NCBI GenBank assembly: GCA_010093705.1
Contig: MU006091.1
Location: forward strand, 1,054,001-1,118,000
Origin: Patellaria atrata CBS 101060
Taxonomy: Eukaryota
DNA: 64,000 nucleotides
Direction of reading: 5' to 3'
Under the pieces are notes generated by a model. It ran no database searches. It had not been told where the DNA came from and saw only the letters and a program-made list of their open reading frames with translations. The position numbers and the translations under genes are program-made. This document shows, one piece after another, positions 27,035 to 41,618 of this stretch. The number at the start of each line of letters is the position of its first letter. The first letter of the stretch is position 1.

Positions 27035-28158
27035 TCACTTCTCCTTCTTGGTCTCAGTTTCCGTATCAGGCTCATACGTCCTATCGTCCTCGCCCTCGAC
27101 CTCCTTGACGATCTTCTCCATCTCCCTGACCTGGCGCTCCCATTCGTCCTTGCCCATCTTGAGGTCCTTCTTGAAGAGCTCGTCGTTGGGCTTGCGGTAG
27201 CTGCCGCCCATGCGATCCCACAGCGTCGTGAACTGGCCGTAGTTGTAGTTGAAGTAGAGGTGGTGCATCGTGTGGCAGGCGGCGCCGTTGATGATGGGCG
27301 AGTCGGCGACGTACTCGCCATCGTGGATCAGCACCGTCCAGATGTTGATGAAGACGAAGAAGATGACGTAGGCGTGCTTCTGCAGGGGGAAGAGGAATGG
27401 GAAGGCGTGATAGGGGATTCCCTGAGCGAATCCGTCGAGCGGGTGGAAGGCGTGGCTCGCGTAGGGCGTTGGCATGATCCATTTGTGGTGCGGCTTGTGA
27501 AGGTGCTTGTAGACGGCCGGGTGGTGGAGTCCCCGGTGGATCCAGTAGATGAAGAAGTCGGTGAAGGCGATGAAGAAGGGCCATTGCACCACGTTGTACC
27601 ACATACCGGGACCTTCCTCAGTGGTGTCGTAGATGCGCGAGTAGCCGCGAACCTCGGCGAGGAAGATGGGTGCGGTGAGAATGGCCATTCCCGGTGTGGA
27701 CCAAAGCGTGGTGCTGATCTCTTTGCGCATCTGGTTCTTAAGGTATTTAGGGTGGTGGATGGTGGATTTATCGAAGACGAAGACGTAGGAGAGTGTAGCG
27801 CAGACGAAGTATATTATTAGGCCGAAGACCCTATGGAGATTCAATGTAAGCAACTGGCTTGAGGACTTTTCTGTGTAACATCGTACCATGTTATTAGGAA
27901 CAAGCTTATCAGTTGTCTCATAGCGTTGTCTCTGGGCCATTGGCTCATGTAGGCATAATCTGAGGGCTCAATGGAGAAGTAATGAGTCGCTGGTTTGTAT
28001 TCATAGTTCTTATAGGCTGTTGGCACCTCCCGAACGCTCGAGTATGTTGAATTGGCGCGGAGATTGGAGAAGGCATTGTGTGCTGCTACCGAGGGATAGG
28101 CATAGGCGTATACGCGATCGAAGAAAAAGCTATCGAAAACCTCGAGTACGACGTCCAT
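27035..28158 (-). CDS. ERG3: Sterol C-5(6) desaturase
   Basis: His boxes HRGLHH, HKPHHKW, HTMHH; MDVVLEVFD start. Intron 27831-27886. Confidence 0.96.
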
Positions 28159-29570
28159 TGCAGCAGAATCGTTGGGGATTGTCGCCCCCTAAGAAGTTTT
28201 ATGCGCAAAAGAGGTTGAAAAAAAGGATATACCAGCCAATCAGACTGGCTATGGGGAGCTTCTTGTTGAGTATATGCGCGGTGTAACGCTAGGCCAACAG
28301 TTTCGGATTGAAGTGGTTTGGGTCTGAGAGGATAGAGAGGAGAGGGGATCAGAATATTGAGAGCCTGATGTTCTATTTTTGAGGGATCCTCAGGTACGAA
28401 GGGGCGGAAAAGTAGTTGTGGAGGTGCTTTTCGTGTTAATATAGGGAGAGGGAAACAAATTTGCTGTGTCGCTGCTCCGTAGAGTACATAAGCGGTAAGG
28501 GTCGAGCCAAAGGGGTCCCAGGTCCACTCATCGACACAAACGTTAGCACACGAAGTTCTGCCGCTCAAGGCCGTGGAAGGCGACCAAACCAATACAAGAT
28601 AGGTCAAGCCTGCACCCATTTCAAGGGGAATTGTCCAATTATCATAAAGTTTGCCATGCCGCCTTTCTGCACTTCAACAATTTGTGAATGAGATTAAAAT
28701 AAGAGAAGCTTTTCTGTTCGACGGCGGTCAGTTCAAATTGACTCGGCTTCTGTATTTCCGTGTCAGCTCACCTCATGAACGTGTATCCCACCGAACACTT
28801 ATCATCTAACATAAAGAGAACGGCTGATGCAGGAAATATCACCACATCATCATGTCGATGAACGGCCTCACCGCGTGGCAACCGTCTCACCGAACTCATC
28901 TCTGCTGGCTACCTTATTTTGCAAAGAGCGGGGTGATCAACGGGATTTCCAGGGATGAAATAATATCAAGTAACTTTGCCATCATCCAAGTGAGGAAGCT
29001 GCCCAACTTTAGAGCTTCAAGCTTCACCTTTTCCCGCTTCCATGACTCCCGTTCGCCAATACAGTACTGTTGAGCTCTTGAAATAAAGAGGTGGAAAATT
29101 CTCCGCCAGGTACCTGAACGCGACCTCAAAACGTTTGCTTGGAGCGGGGTCGGATGCGGTATCGTCCTATTCCCGAACGTAAGAGCTAAGAATTGAAGCT
29201 ATTGAACGAGCTCCTGTCGAAAACTCGAAATACGGCCTATTTCCCATCTGGTATGTGTGATATCTCCTCCATCTTGCAGCGGCCCATTGTACAGGCTTTT
29301 GTGCCTTTCCTAGATTTAGGCCAGCTTGGCCAGCTTGAGTTCTCGTGATGCGAACTGTACAGCTCCTGTAGTTGCAAGTTGGGGCTTGGAAGGCTGTTAT
29401 AGCTGAGAGTATGGCTTACAATAACTGCATGGTTCGCGCCATATGGCTTGTAGAGACATCTTCCTTGATTGTACAGTACACTCACTACTATACAATACAC
29501 GAGGTCGCTTACTCTCGGGTGCGAGTGCTCATGGGGGATATTGAGCGTCTGTACAGCTCTGATGGAGCTC

Positions 29571-29641
29571 CACCCAGCTCCTCCCAGTTCCTCCCAGCTC
29601 CTCCCAGCTCTTCCCAGCTCCTCCCAGCTCCTCTCCCAGCT
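29571..29641. repeat. 10-bp tandem repeat (CTCCCAGCTC) x about 7
   Basis: Read directly from the sequence. Confidence 0.9.
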
Positions 29642-30781
29642 ATGAGAGTACTGTGCAAAAGGATAGCTCTCAAAAGGAATCTCACCATTATCTCCTCCAT
29701 CACTCACTCCCATTAATATCTACCACTGATATCTAATATGCCATGGCGACCTAACCGTGCCACAACATCTCCCCTCCCATCGCCTGCGGCATCGCTGCCA
29801 TGTCTCTCATCATCCCAAGTACCATGCTGTACAGTAAGTACACTACACCTACTACTCGTCCATCCCCCGTCATGCATCCTCAACAACAGGATAATTACGC
29901 CACCTGCCAACCCATCCATCTCGCCGCTTCCCCATCCTTATCCCCTACCATCTCCACAAAATACCATACCCATCATCCGAATATCTCACACCCCGCCATC
30001 TTATTCCCATCGCATCTTATCTGCATCCCGTGGGGTGCCCAAATCTCACGCAAAACTCACAAGCGGGCACGATCACCCCAAAGTCCCGAGATCCAGCAAA
30101 ACGCGCCCACCGCATCCAACATCCACAAAACGCAAAACTGCAGTCACCATTGCAGCTTATAGCCCTTGTTACATTCAGTACGGTATGGTATGCGCTCCGT
30201 ACATATATTTCCCCCCCTCCCCTCCCTTTTCCCGATGCAAGCCTCGTCACCGGTGATAAAAATCTTCGACGGCAAGGGAGCTCACGCCCGGCTTTCGATA
30301 TTTCCATGTGGACGGAGTTGGGTAAAGTGGCTTCCGTATACCTTACAATATGGGCTGGTTTTGGATGATGGTGAGAATGAGGAGGATGCGCGCTGAGGTG
30401 TATTCACCCCGGTGACGATTCCGCGAACAGAAGAATTAATGCAGCGCATCAGGGTAGCTACCTAGGAAAGGGAGCTGAAGAAGCTACAAGTGACATATCT
30501 CCCCCGTTAAGGTAGCTAACCTAACCGTCGAAGCTGGTTCCCCAACCTAACTTACCTGCCTTAGAACTAAGATTAAGTATTGGAGGTAGTGTAGTGTAGT
30601 GTAGTAGTGTACCCGGTGCTTGTCAGATCCGATGGTGTCATCAGTCCGCCAGCACGCGGCAAAACCCTAAGCCATCCAGAAGATCCTGTGGGCAGTCTCG
30701 GGGGGGTCTCCCTCTGATCCGCGAGTCCCGTGGGCTACCTTATGAAGTAGGGTAGGTAGGCTTACTCACAGCTTGTTCAAT

Positions 30782-30840
30782 GTAAGGTAAGGTAAGGTAA
30801 GGTAAGGTAAGGTAAGGTAAGGTAAGGTAAGGTAAGGTAA
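30782..30840. repeat. Perfect pentanucleotide microsatellite (GTAAG)11 plus GTAA
   Basis: Read directly from the sequence. Confidence 0.95.
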
Positions 30841-32055
30841 TGCGAACATGCGGTTGAAAAGAAGGGCGCAACAACCTAAAGTTACAGTAAGGGAGGGAAA
30901 GCCCGCTTTTTTACCTACCTACCTTTGACGGCATTTCTCCATTGGCCATGTTTCCTAGAACTTGGTTGACAACACCAAACAATCCATCTGATCGGCTTCA
31001 TCCTTTGTAGTTCTACTTGGTAACTACTAGAAAGTTAGGTTTCGTTTCAACCTGTCGGAAGAGACGTTGCCCCGATGCGGTAAGCTAAGGTAAGAGATAA
31101 GATCGATTTTGATATCCGTCCCCCCCCCATCTCGCACACCAAAACGGCGCTATTACGAAAAAGTCTGGAGAAAAAGACATCTGCGATCTCGCATATCATA
31201 TCTGCACCCGCACACGCCCGTGGCACAAATATAACCGATCGCTCCAAAAGCGGATGAAAGAGAAGGAAAAAAGGGGAGCGGGACACACTCTCTGATATCC
31301 TCAAAATCCTGTTGTTGTTGAATGTTGAGGTGTCGTTGATGTATTTTCAGAGAAGTGTAGAGCCTACGATAGCCGGAGAACAATTCCGGGTGTGTTTGAT
31401 ACCCTCTTGACTTTTCGAATAAGGGTAGCTTCAACTGTACATATATCTACTTATATCAAACAAAGATATGCGGCATCTGTAATGTATACATCGAAAACCG
31501 AGAAAGATAAGGCGCTTGAATGCAGATTGACGACATCGCCTGCGTTCTTAGGGTATCCCTTCCAAGGAGAAAAAAAAACGGTTGACCTCCCACCCACGCA
31601 TGTGAAACGGTTTTTTTTTTTTTTGGAGTATTTGCGTTCTGACTGACGGACCCACTCTAAGATGCAAGAAAGGTGCTATCGGACCGAAACGAATCCATTC
31701 CCCCCTCGCGTGATGAAGAATAGTACAGTTGGCAAGGTAGAATGCGTGTGACAAAAAACAAAGAGGTTGGTATGAAAATGACAATAACCATCAGCGCTCT
31801 CCACCCAATACACTTCCAGTGTAATATAAATGCTCCGTTGAAAATAAGACAGCCGCGCAATATGTTGAGAGTAAAATCACAGCCTGATACCGATATGAAC
31901 AAGCAACTCCTTCCTTACAATATCACAGTAGTGCCAGGAACCCCGTGAAGGGATATGGTCCCACAAAACTCCAGTTTCGCCTCAAAACGCTGCTTGAATG
32001 ATGTTTGTCGTGAAATGATTCGTAGTTTAGTCGTATATAACGCGTCTAAGGGTAG

Positions 32056-33599
32056 CTAGAACATTTTCCGCTCCGGGAAAACCAGGTCGCCGAAGGATGA
32101 TGCGTCCATCCCACCGTCGAAGTCGAAGGACTCTTGTTTTCGGCTAACCTCCGATTCTATTGAGCTCGATCGGCTCCGGTCGCTATCCTTGCTCGACAGA
32201 CGCGAGCCGACCGAGGTTGACGTCTGGGATGAGCCGATGGTGGAAATGCGACGGTCCTTCCCTCGGCCTTTGATGCCCTTGTTCGAATTCTTGTATAATG
32301 ATGCGAAATACTCCCATAGCTCCTTATCTTGAGCTGAGACGGCATCCCCCTGATTCATCGTTGCGAATTTCAAGGTCAGTTGCCGAAGAGTAGGAGCGTG
32401 GAATTTATTTTGATGTGACTGGAGTACATTGTTAGATGGAAGTCACGTGAGAGATTCAATTAAGCGACTATACCTTGAGATTACCGAGCTGAGTAAACTG
32501 CTTGCCGCAGTCGTCGAGTCGACAAGTAAAAGGCTTGATTTGTTGATGAACGATTTTGTGTGCTCGGACGTTCCCGCGCTGGGCAAATGTCTTGCCGCAT
32601 ATTTCGCAATTGTACGGACGTTCTCCAGTGTGTCGACGCTCATGGGTCTTTGAAGTCATGTTAGAGATTATAGGTAGAAAATATCTTCAACCATCTTACC
32701 TTGAGATTTCCCAGTTGAGAAAATCGCTGTCCGCACGAGGGTTCTTTGCATGTCTATTCTAGGTTAACATCATCCAGCGGATCTATTCAGTCGTTGGAAC
32801 TCACGAATGGTTTAACCCCTGTGTGTGCGCGCGTATGGATGTCTAAGTGAGTCTTTTGATAGAAGCTTTTGCCGCAATCGGGCATGCTGCACTGATATTT
32901 CTTTCTCGATTTCTGAGTACCCTTAGGAACAGGGCTGGGTTCCTCGACAGGTGCCTTTTCGATGACGTAAGCACTGGGCCTTCTTACTGGTGGTTGAAAT
33001 GTCGGTTGGGGAGGTACCTTGGGTACATTTGGTTGTTTTTGAACTGTCCTTGATTTTGACTGTATGGTCTTCATAAGAGTATCAACGTCAGTATTGAAGA
33101 TGATACCGCTCTCGGATTCACCAGAGCTAGAGCTCTTGTAGTCATCCACGAAGGATGAATCATGCAGTAATTGAGTCGGCTGGATAGGTGATGTAACCTC
33201 CTGTTTGACAGATGGGCTTCGGTTCAAAAGTGGAACAGTCGACCGCGAATCCATCGGGTGGGATATGGTATTCGATACATTGTTAGCTCCAGGGTAGGTG
33301 GCTGCATGTGAAAGATTAGCGGAGTAATTGAAGTTGTAGTTTGGTTGTAGGTTGTATGGATGTGGTGCCAAAGTCTCAAATGCAAATGCTCCTGGTTGGA
33401 AAGGAGCAGAGGTTGCGAATGTCTGGAAAACTGGCATGGTCATTTCGAGCGGTGAGGTTTGGAAGTTATTTGATGCGGTGGAATTAGGGGTAGGTCTAGA
33501 TGTTGATTCGAAATATGTGTGTGGAGACATTCCTTCAATACCAGATCCAGATCTTCGTTGCCAAAGTTCTCGTGGTTGTGAAGCAACAATTGCTGCCAT
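32056..33599 (-). CDS. AZF1: C2H2 zinc finger transcription factor, AZF1 type (4 fingers)
   Basis: [87 protein letters not shown]. Introns 32754-32804, 32648-32699, 32419-32473, and possibly an in-frame one at 32955-33017. Confidence 0.88.
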
Positions 33600-34366
33600 A
33601 ACTTGGCGACGAGAAGGGAATTAAACCTTGTGGTGATGTGATCGATATCAATGACTGTCCACAACCCGTTATGTACAGTTCAAGGTAGTTGCTGTTTGTA
33701 GAAGTACTCTTCCAGGGAATATGTATATAGATGATAATCAGCGTTTAACCGCGCAGTTTCATGCAGAAGGATAATGTAGAAAACAACGCGTGGGAGTAGG
33801 TCATGAGGATGAAAGGATATGCTTAATGCTTGATTGAGCCCAACAGAGTGGATTGTGGAGGTGGAGGAGGATGTTATACACGAGCAAAGACCTCATCCCA
33901 CGAGTTTCCACAAGTACAAGGGATGACATCTTAGTGAGATAAATTAGGGGAAGAGAGGTCTAGGAAGGGCTAGAGACGGGGGTGCTGTAGCCACGGAGAT
34001 CGAGGGCTACAGACAACTGCAGAGTAGACAAGCAACTCGCTCGCTCATGCAGCCGGTCTGGGCATATCAGCCAAAGCTTTACTGGTTTCTGAAAACGAGA
34101 TAGGATAGACAAGATGAGATCTCTAACCCTGCCATGGGTTGGCACAGACTGACAGTGGTTGGGTACCGTAAGCGGTAGAGGTACAAGTAGGAAGCGGGAT
34201 GATGATATGAACGTGACAGGGACTGTAGCAACCATGATTCTTAGAGGTGAGAACGGGCCGGGGATGTGGCTTGCTTTGGCTCTCCTGCACAAGAACGCAG
34301 ACGTAAACGCTTAAGGAGGCTTTTTAGATCGCTCATGGGGAACGGACGCTCCTTAGTCTGATGCTC

Positions 34367-34398
34367 TCCCTTGGTCTCCCTTGGTCTCCCTTGGTCTC
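34367..34398. repeat. 10-bp tandem repeat (TCCCTTGGTC) x3
   Basis: Read directly from the sequence. Confidence 0.85.
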
Positions 34399-34687
34399 AG
34401 GTTTTGGACGCTTCCGCTTCGCCTTTTTCTAAAATGTTCGAGTGGGGGTAGAACTAATTGGTCGCGAATTTTGTCTGCGCCTGGTAGATCGGCGAAGCCA
34501 CTTTTATCAATCTTGCAATAATAAACACCGGTAGTCAGAACTCAGAATAACAATTATGCGATTTTGTGTTCATATGGTTGCATACGCAAAACGTTTCTTA
34601 TCCAGAAGGACCATTACTGAAACGGATGCAATAAAATGGAACTGTCTCAACAGGGGGTTGTATTATTCGGCGGTGGAATAAAGGATA

Positions 34688-34727
34688 GTGGAGAGTGGAG
34701 AGTGGAGAGTGGAGAGTGGAGAGTGGA
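34688..34727. repeat. 7-bp tandem repeat (GTGGAGA) x about 6
   Basis: Read directly from the sequence. Confidence 0.9.
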
Positions 34728-37700
34728 AGATGCGTTAGGAGAAAGGAATGGATATCGGCGGATAGCGATTCGATATGTCATCAACATCAGTAGTAAGTAA
34801 CTTTACCAAACGGTATCACGGATCTACATATGGATATGCCAAACAATCCCGAACTACTCCCCACGATACTGCAGAACTTGCTACTATCATTTCTAGATGA
34901 AGATCATCTATCGTTCTTGTGAGCATCAATCCTCTCGAACGCTCGATATCAGCGCCTTAATGGGATCCTGAAAGTCTGAGAACAGTCTTTTTATGTGTAC
35001 GAAGTAACATACCTTACCTTTGGGCTGGACCTCGCCGAGTCACCAGATGTTCCATTTTATCCTTGTGCTCATCCTCGCGCTTAACCAAGCCAAGTGTCAC
35101 TCTGTTACGCTGTATGCGCTCCCCACACTCCAGGTCTTTTCAGAGTTGTACAGACACGTGCCTATTTCGTACATTGGGCTCCAAGAAATACGTTTAAGGT
35201 AGCCAGCGAGCGGAGAATTGGGAGTCAATTTAGGCCTTCATTTGCACGTGTACGGCGGCTGTCAAACTTTCGCTTGCTAGTTCTGCTGCATGCCTTGACG
35301 AGTTCGTTACAGCATCTCAAAACATCAAACTGTTTGGACACGAAACACTACGGAAGATTGGTTCTCCGTTGATTATTTCCTGCTGTTGAGGTGATAAGGC
35401 TTTCTTATTACCCAAAACCGTTACCATGCCAGTGGTTAAGAATTACCGTCCGATTGGGCAAAACAATATACTCTCACCATTTTTATAGAAGAAAATCTAT
35501 TGCACTTTAACTGATTCAGATATTTATTCTCCGGGCAAGAACGGTCTATACATTTTCGAGCCCGGCTTGTGCTCGTATGGGTAGTTAACTTTAAAGGGCA
35601 AACTGAACGGATACGAATACATACTGTGCTTATGGATACACTACATATTGTACAGTACAGTACAGCACGGAGTACCTCCACAAGAATCCTACCGTTGCTC
35701 ATTTCCTGGCAATCTTCATGCGAACGCCTGTGCTGCTGCAGTACGGTATCCTTCAGTCTCCTCTTCAATCAGAAATTCAGAAGCCGTGCCTCTCAACGCT
35801 TTTCCCCCTCACCTTCTCCGACAGGGTTGCTAAGTACGGGTTGCATGCCGTGCGCGGAGTCGCTCGAGATCCTTTATCCTTACTGTATCCCAAAGAAGAA
35901 GGCTGCATTTCCAGATGATGATTCGCCCCGCAGAGATTTTCTGTATATAAAAAGACGCATAAGAGTCAAGATCCAGGTAGGAGGTGACATCTGGCATTTC
36001 GTCGTATCTGGGATCTGGTATGCTTCATGTCGTCGTATCAATTAATTCCACTCTACTACCCAGCAAGTTGTGCAGGCCTGGAGTGGCTCGAGTAGTCGAG
36101 GAGTTGAGTGGATGGCCATGAAAGCCCACATTATCCTCACCTCTCAGTTTGTTGCATTGGCTGCTTGGCTATCTGTGCTCGATTTTGAATAATAGCATTA
36201 GTTAGAGGGAACTTGTCCACTTGCATCAGCCGCTGGCCGAGGGGCACAACCGCTACCGGACCCCAGGCTCCCCAGCCTATCACCAGAACGTGATGCTTCC
36301 TATAATCCTATTATTCTTTTACAACTTCCTTTTCACTGGTCATCCCTCATCAGCACCATAAGCCCAAACGCCACAGTCAAAACCCGACGTACCAGCTATC
36401 CTTGAGCTTGCCAGCATCTCCCACGTCGGGTCCCAGAGGCATGGTACCGGCGAGACACACGCTTCCCCATTTACGCCTCCGTCTCCGCATCATAACTATT
36501 CAGGCCTCCAGTGTCCAGGCCCCTTCAGCAAATCTGTCTGCACTTCTGCACAATCATTCACTTACAGTCCGGATATGGAGGAATATCCCGGACATACTGT
36601 ACGAGTTGCTGCCACACTCTACGAACCCTCCATCATCATGACTTCGACGTCCTGCGAGCTTGTCATGGTGCCAGACGCAGCACCGTTGAGACCTCTCCTC
36701 CGGTGCTCAATATCTCAATCTATCTGAAGAAGTCTGAAGTGCGGTTAATTGTTGAAACTTACTGCATATTACCCTTGCTTCTACTGTACATACTGTATGA
36801 CGAACCAATTGATGACGGGAGCACCATGACTTAATTGCGCCTCGTAATCATCTCACCAGCTTTCGGTGGATACTTGTGGTTTCCATTACCTATGGTTTAT
36901 AATGGGTCCATCGTCCGGAAATCAAAACGTGCGCATGCTGGACTGCTCTTTTGGTATCTTGTTTCCGACGGAGAGTACCTTGGAGGCTGATATGCGCCCT
37001 GGAACCAAGATCTAATCTCTGCCTATACCCGCGAGTTTCCAAGACGACATTTTACTGAATTTGTTGCTTGGTTGGCTCTACTAAACGGTCAAAAGAGCAA
37101 TCACATCGGAATGTCAGACTGATATATGCAAGTCGCTCAAAGTAGGTTTTTATCCTTGTAGCTCAAAGTCTTTACCTTGCTTCAGTGTAGCGACTTACAG
37201 TACGTTCTGTCTATTCCATTCTGACACTACTCTGACATTTTACGTCAGATAGAGGATATCGTGGTCTTTAGTTTATTTGCTTAATCCGTTTTTGCTCTGG
37301 ATTTCAATAGTAAGACGTAAACATTCGCAACCTCTTTTCATTTAGCACTTACTTTAATTTTCTTAACCGGTCATTTCGCTATCGATGGTCACATTCCGAA
37401 TTTCATAGCTCAGGATGTTAAGAGCGAACTATCAACTTGTTCCAGGCTTCACCAGAGATATCCGTCTTTTACTCCCAGGACATCTAGGCAATTCTATCAG
37501 CAAGATTTGGAGCTGGAGGTTGGTCGAGCTCCATTCTTTCAGCTGATGGACCAAGGGACGAAAGGACCAGAGCATTGCAAGACATGGTTTTGATAAATTC
37601 ACGAGTAATCTAGCCCATCAGTGGCAAACTTACCTCATCGTTACTAGGATTGTATAGAACGGTGTATTACCCATTTCCGTAGAGAGTAATAATGAACTAC

Positions 37701-40700
37701 CAGCGTCTGGGTCAAGAGCGGCCAGGAAGCCTTGTGTCATTGAAAAACAGCAACAGTAGTGTCGATCACCGCCTCATTCAAAAGTACAACCGACCAAGTT
37801 ACATCAAGGTCGCTCTTTCAACACCGCGATCTCACATGGGATTCCCGCGGAAAATAAACGTGGAGAGTCACATACGGTAACTCAGTTCCCTTCTGTCATT
37901 GGCTAGGAAACTTACTAGTATCCCCTTTGCCACCCACGATGATGGTCCTAGGCAGCCTTGAGTACACGGAGTCAAATGAACAGACGAGAATGGAGCCACG
38001 AGGATCTTGTGTAACTCTAGGTCGAAATCGATCTATCAAGGTACTCCTTAAAACACCAGCTCTAAACGATCGACAACAACCGCGCGGCAAGGGGTATGCT
38101 CAGGTTCTCACAGTCTACTGTCTCGTATGCATCTTCGTACTAAGAGCACCCCACTTTCATCTAGTTTTATTGTCTTTTCTTACTATTTTCACCTCAAGGT
38201 ACCCTTTGAGTCTTCCATACTTGTTATATCGAGTGGTCTCTGGGTCCCTGGACAGAAGCTTTGGTGATAAGGCTCATATTGTCATTCTTCCGCTTTTGGA
38301 AACGGGTATTTGTGTCTCGATTCTGTTTGATCTGATTGATCACATTGAACCATGAACGTCCCACTCCTCCCACTATTCGCAGACGTCGCCGTCAAACCTT
38401 CCTGGCAAGCTTGAGACAAACGCGTAATCGGATCAGACCTCCAGACTTCGCTTTTCTCATAGGGTGCGAGACCATTGCGCTAATACGATGTTCCTCCTTG
38501 TCTCAGGTTTTCAGAAACGCTATCAAGCTGAATATTCAATCCTCTCACGGCGCAGATATATCCTCATTAGCACATTTGTTCAATTTCACGCTTCTTTCCT
38601 ATATCCTATGAGATGTGACGCTCCACGAATGTCATTTTCGAATCTCTCAATACAATCCTCTAATAGATACACGGAACCTCGAGGTTGGTTGGAACTATAA
38701 CTCTTCAGGAAATTTTATCCATGCATTCTTATCCATGTCCCCAAGGTAGGCTCCAGGCTTCAGGGTACATCGCTGGGGGATAGCATTTGATCTTCGGAGA
38801 AGCTGAATTATTATTTTCGAAAGCCTCGTACCCGTACCATGCGCAGATAGAATGATACCGGGTGTATCTGGAAGTTTGTGTGCACTGGCGATTCCTGGAA
38901 TGCATATATACAATTTCATTGTTGGGGAGACTTGGTTCATGAGCAACTCCCCCCTCCTCCCCCTTCCTCCCCCGGGACCGCTATTACTGACTAGCGATTT
39001 TAGCCAATTGGTACCAGACATCATTATCAGCCATCCCAACTCAGCCTTATGATCGGGATGCTGGAGATGGGACCTGCTTTCGCATCAAAAATCATATCAA
39101 CATCTCCGTACTGTATCTTTGCACCGGCAGGGATGCTGGAAGGAGATTTCTTTACATATTTGATTGCAATTCTCAAGTTGGACCAGATCAATCCCAAAAT
39201 TATATCTCCTATCTTGATGTCTTTAGTATATCTAGATTTCCAAGAGATGTTTAGTTGTAACCCCCACGCTCAGATTCAACTGTGATTGGTCGAACTCAAT
39301 CCAACGGCAGATACCGATCTAACCTGTCAACCCAAGAAGATGGGGAAGTCGAGGATTGTCCATGCATCCGGTAGAATGTTCACATCTCGCTTTGCCGTGC
39401 TTTCGTCTGAGTTTCGTCCTCCTCTAACAGGACATCGAATCCGCAGTAGCTTACCCCTTATACTCTCTCCTATATTGAAATGGAGACCAACATGTGGGAG
39501 ATCTAACACGGAATACAGTACACCATGGACAAGGCCATATCCCATAAGACAAGAAGTAAACTTTACCAGTTAAAGATAAACATCAAAATTGTGCTCTTTG
39601 GAGGTGGTTCTTAGTCTCCAAACCTGCACCTTATACTGTACAGGAATACTTGTATGGTACTAATTTTGGTGGCTGTGAGACATATCGAGCATGTTACCGA
39701 CAATGCGCAAGCTCAACTGGCCTGAAATCTCATGGTTAGACCTTGATCCCGTAGTACGGTAGGAAAGTCATTGCTATTCCATCACCTGCTCATAGCAACG
39801 CCCTTGGCAGCTGCGAAGAATCAGTCATCCACAGTTAATAAACGAGACTGCAAGTACGCAGTAGAACTACAGGTACGTCCATCCTCGTCCGCTCTCAATC
39901 GTTCTAATGTAACCGAAAACTAGTAAAAGACTAGGACTACTCATACAGTACTGTATGTACCTTAAGACCATACTAAGTCTTGGACCAAGGGAACCCCTTG
40001 GACGATAAACGCCTTGCCCTGCTACCGTCGTCCATTATTACGAGCTAAGCACCCCATGAGCCAAAAATGGACCGACGAATCGGAATCGGCCCGCGGTCCT
40101 TTCCGCGTTCCTGGCGGGAAGGCGAAGAAGGAAGAGACCCCACCGGGCCACCGCGGACTTGCGTCCCGAGCCTCAGTAACACGATTCAAGCGTTCAAAAA
40201 CTCAATAACTGACAATGCATACAACCACGAAATGCAAAGGAGACGTCGTATGAGGAGTTAACTACTGTACTGCACTGGGTACCTGCGGTCCTGCAATGCT
40301 ATGCGCATCAGCCGCAACAAAATATTCCACGGCGAACGCACGTGCGACTCGAAGTGCATCCTTCCCCAGCCGTGCTTGCATCCTCTCAACAAGATAAACC
40401 TCTTTTCCCTGCTCTTTCTCCAGGGGAAACAATCCCATATGAGCGGTTCGCTCCTTCTCTTGTAGATCCAGATGCACAGAAAAATTTTAACCCTGGTACG
40501 TCACATTCTGGAGGGATCACTTCTGGCGTACTATCTCAACCAAATTAAATTTTTTCACTACTGCAGAGGAAATTGACGATGGATGACGGTCATGAGGTAG
40601 AACAGGTAAACCGGGCGCGCCACAGCCCAGTTCCTCTGCCACTACTGCTGGTAGCGGCCACTTCTGAGGTTGGTGGACTTCGCTGCAGTGGGAGCAATAC

Positions 40701-41527
40701 AAGCAGAAATCCTTCGGACTTTAGGGGCGCGGCTGTCGGCTCCCCTTGCGGATCGGGTAGTCGCTTCGGCCCAGAACGCCAGTCAACCCCAAGCCGTCTT
40801 CTACAAACGGTGCAAGTACGATTCCATCACCATTCCTCCTCTTCGATTCCAAGGATCTGAGAAGAAATTTTCTTCAAGGCGACGGGACGGCACGAACGGC
40901 TCGTTCCCTACTTTGTGCTACCAGTACGAAGTACCAAATTTTCATTTGTGGAGGAGGTGAGGAAACCGAGATTGAGGCCTTCGATGGGCTTCGAGATGTG
41001 ATGTTCGCTGCAGCCGGGAAACTCTGAAAGCTGAAGCTGTTCCCAAACTGTTTACTGGAACTGTTGAACGGTGGCGCTTGGCGGGAGACCGTTTGGTTAC
41101 ACCAAAACGGTCATGTTCTCCAGACCTTGCTGAACTTTCAAAGCCGAGAGGAATCGCTGCCGTTGGGTAAGGTAATGAAGTGCACGATAAGAGGATCAGT
41201 GCTAGGACAGCTGTCAGAGCTTCCCTAGTTCCTAGCACGCAAGCAGGTAAGCACCATCGTGAGTTCCATCACCAATACTCGTCATGATTATCCTTTGAAC
41301 TGGCAGAGTTTTCAACACGTATCTAGCGGTTGGAACTACTACATCACTCACCTCTGAACCACCACTACCCTTTCTAACCCCCCATCTGTATCTAACGACG
41401 ACGCCCATACCCACAAGCTGCGTGGCTTCTATTGTACGAAATGATATTGTCTCTCAACAAACCACAACGGCCATTTCACAACCGCATCTCGGTCCACATT
41501 CTCCCGTTGCCCTACTCATAACCAAGT

Positions 41528-41618
41528 TTTCCCCCAGCTTTAACCCGTTATCCTCCCCCAGCTTTATCCCGTCGTCCTTCCCCAGCTTGAACCCGTCATT
41601 CTCCCCCAGCTTTACCCC
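41528..41618. repeat. Degenerate 24-bp tandem repeat (CCCCAGCTT core) x about 4
   Basis: CCCCAGCTT recurs at 24-nt intervals. Confidence 0.75.

Noticed and set aside
22339..27820. Long antisense or alternate-frame ORFs over ENA1, RPA49 and ERG3 (e.g. 22339-23055, 27260-27820)
   Set aside because: Shadow ORFs expected from GC-rich third codon positions in the real genes.
29738..30396. Overlapping Pro/Ser/His-rich ORFs upstream of ERG3
   Set aside because: C-rich low-complexity intergenic DNA that is open in several frames at once.
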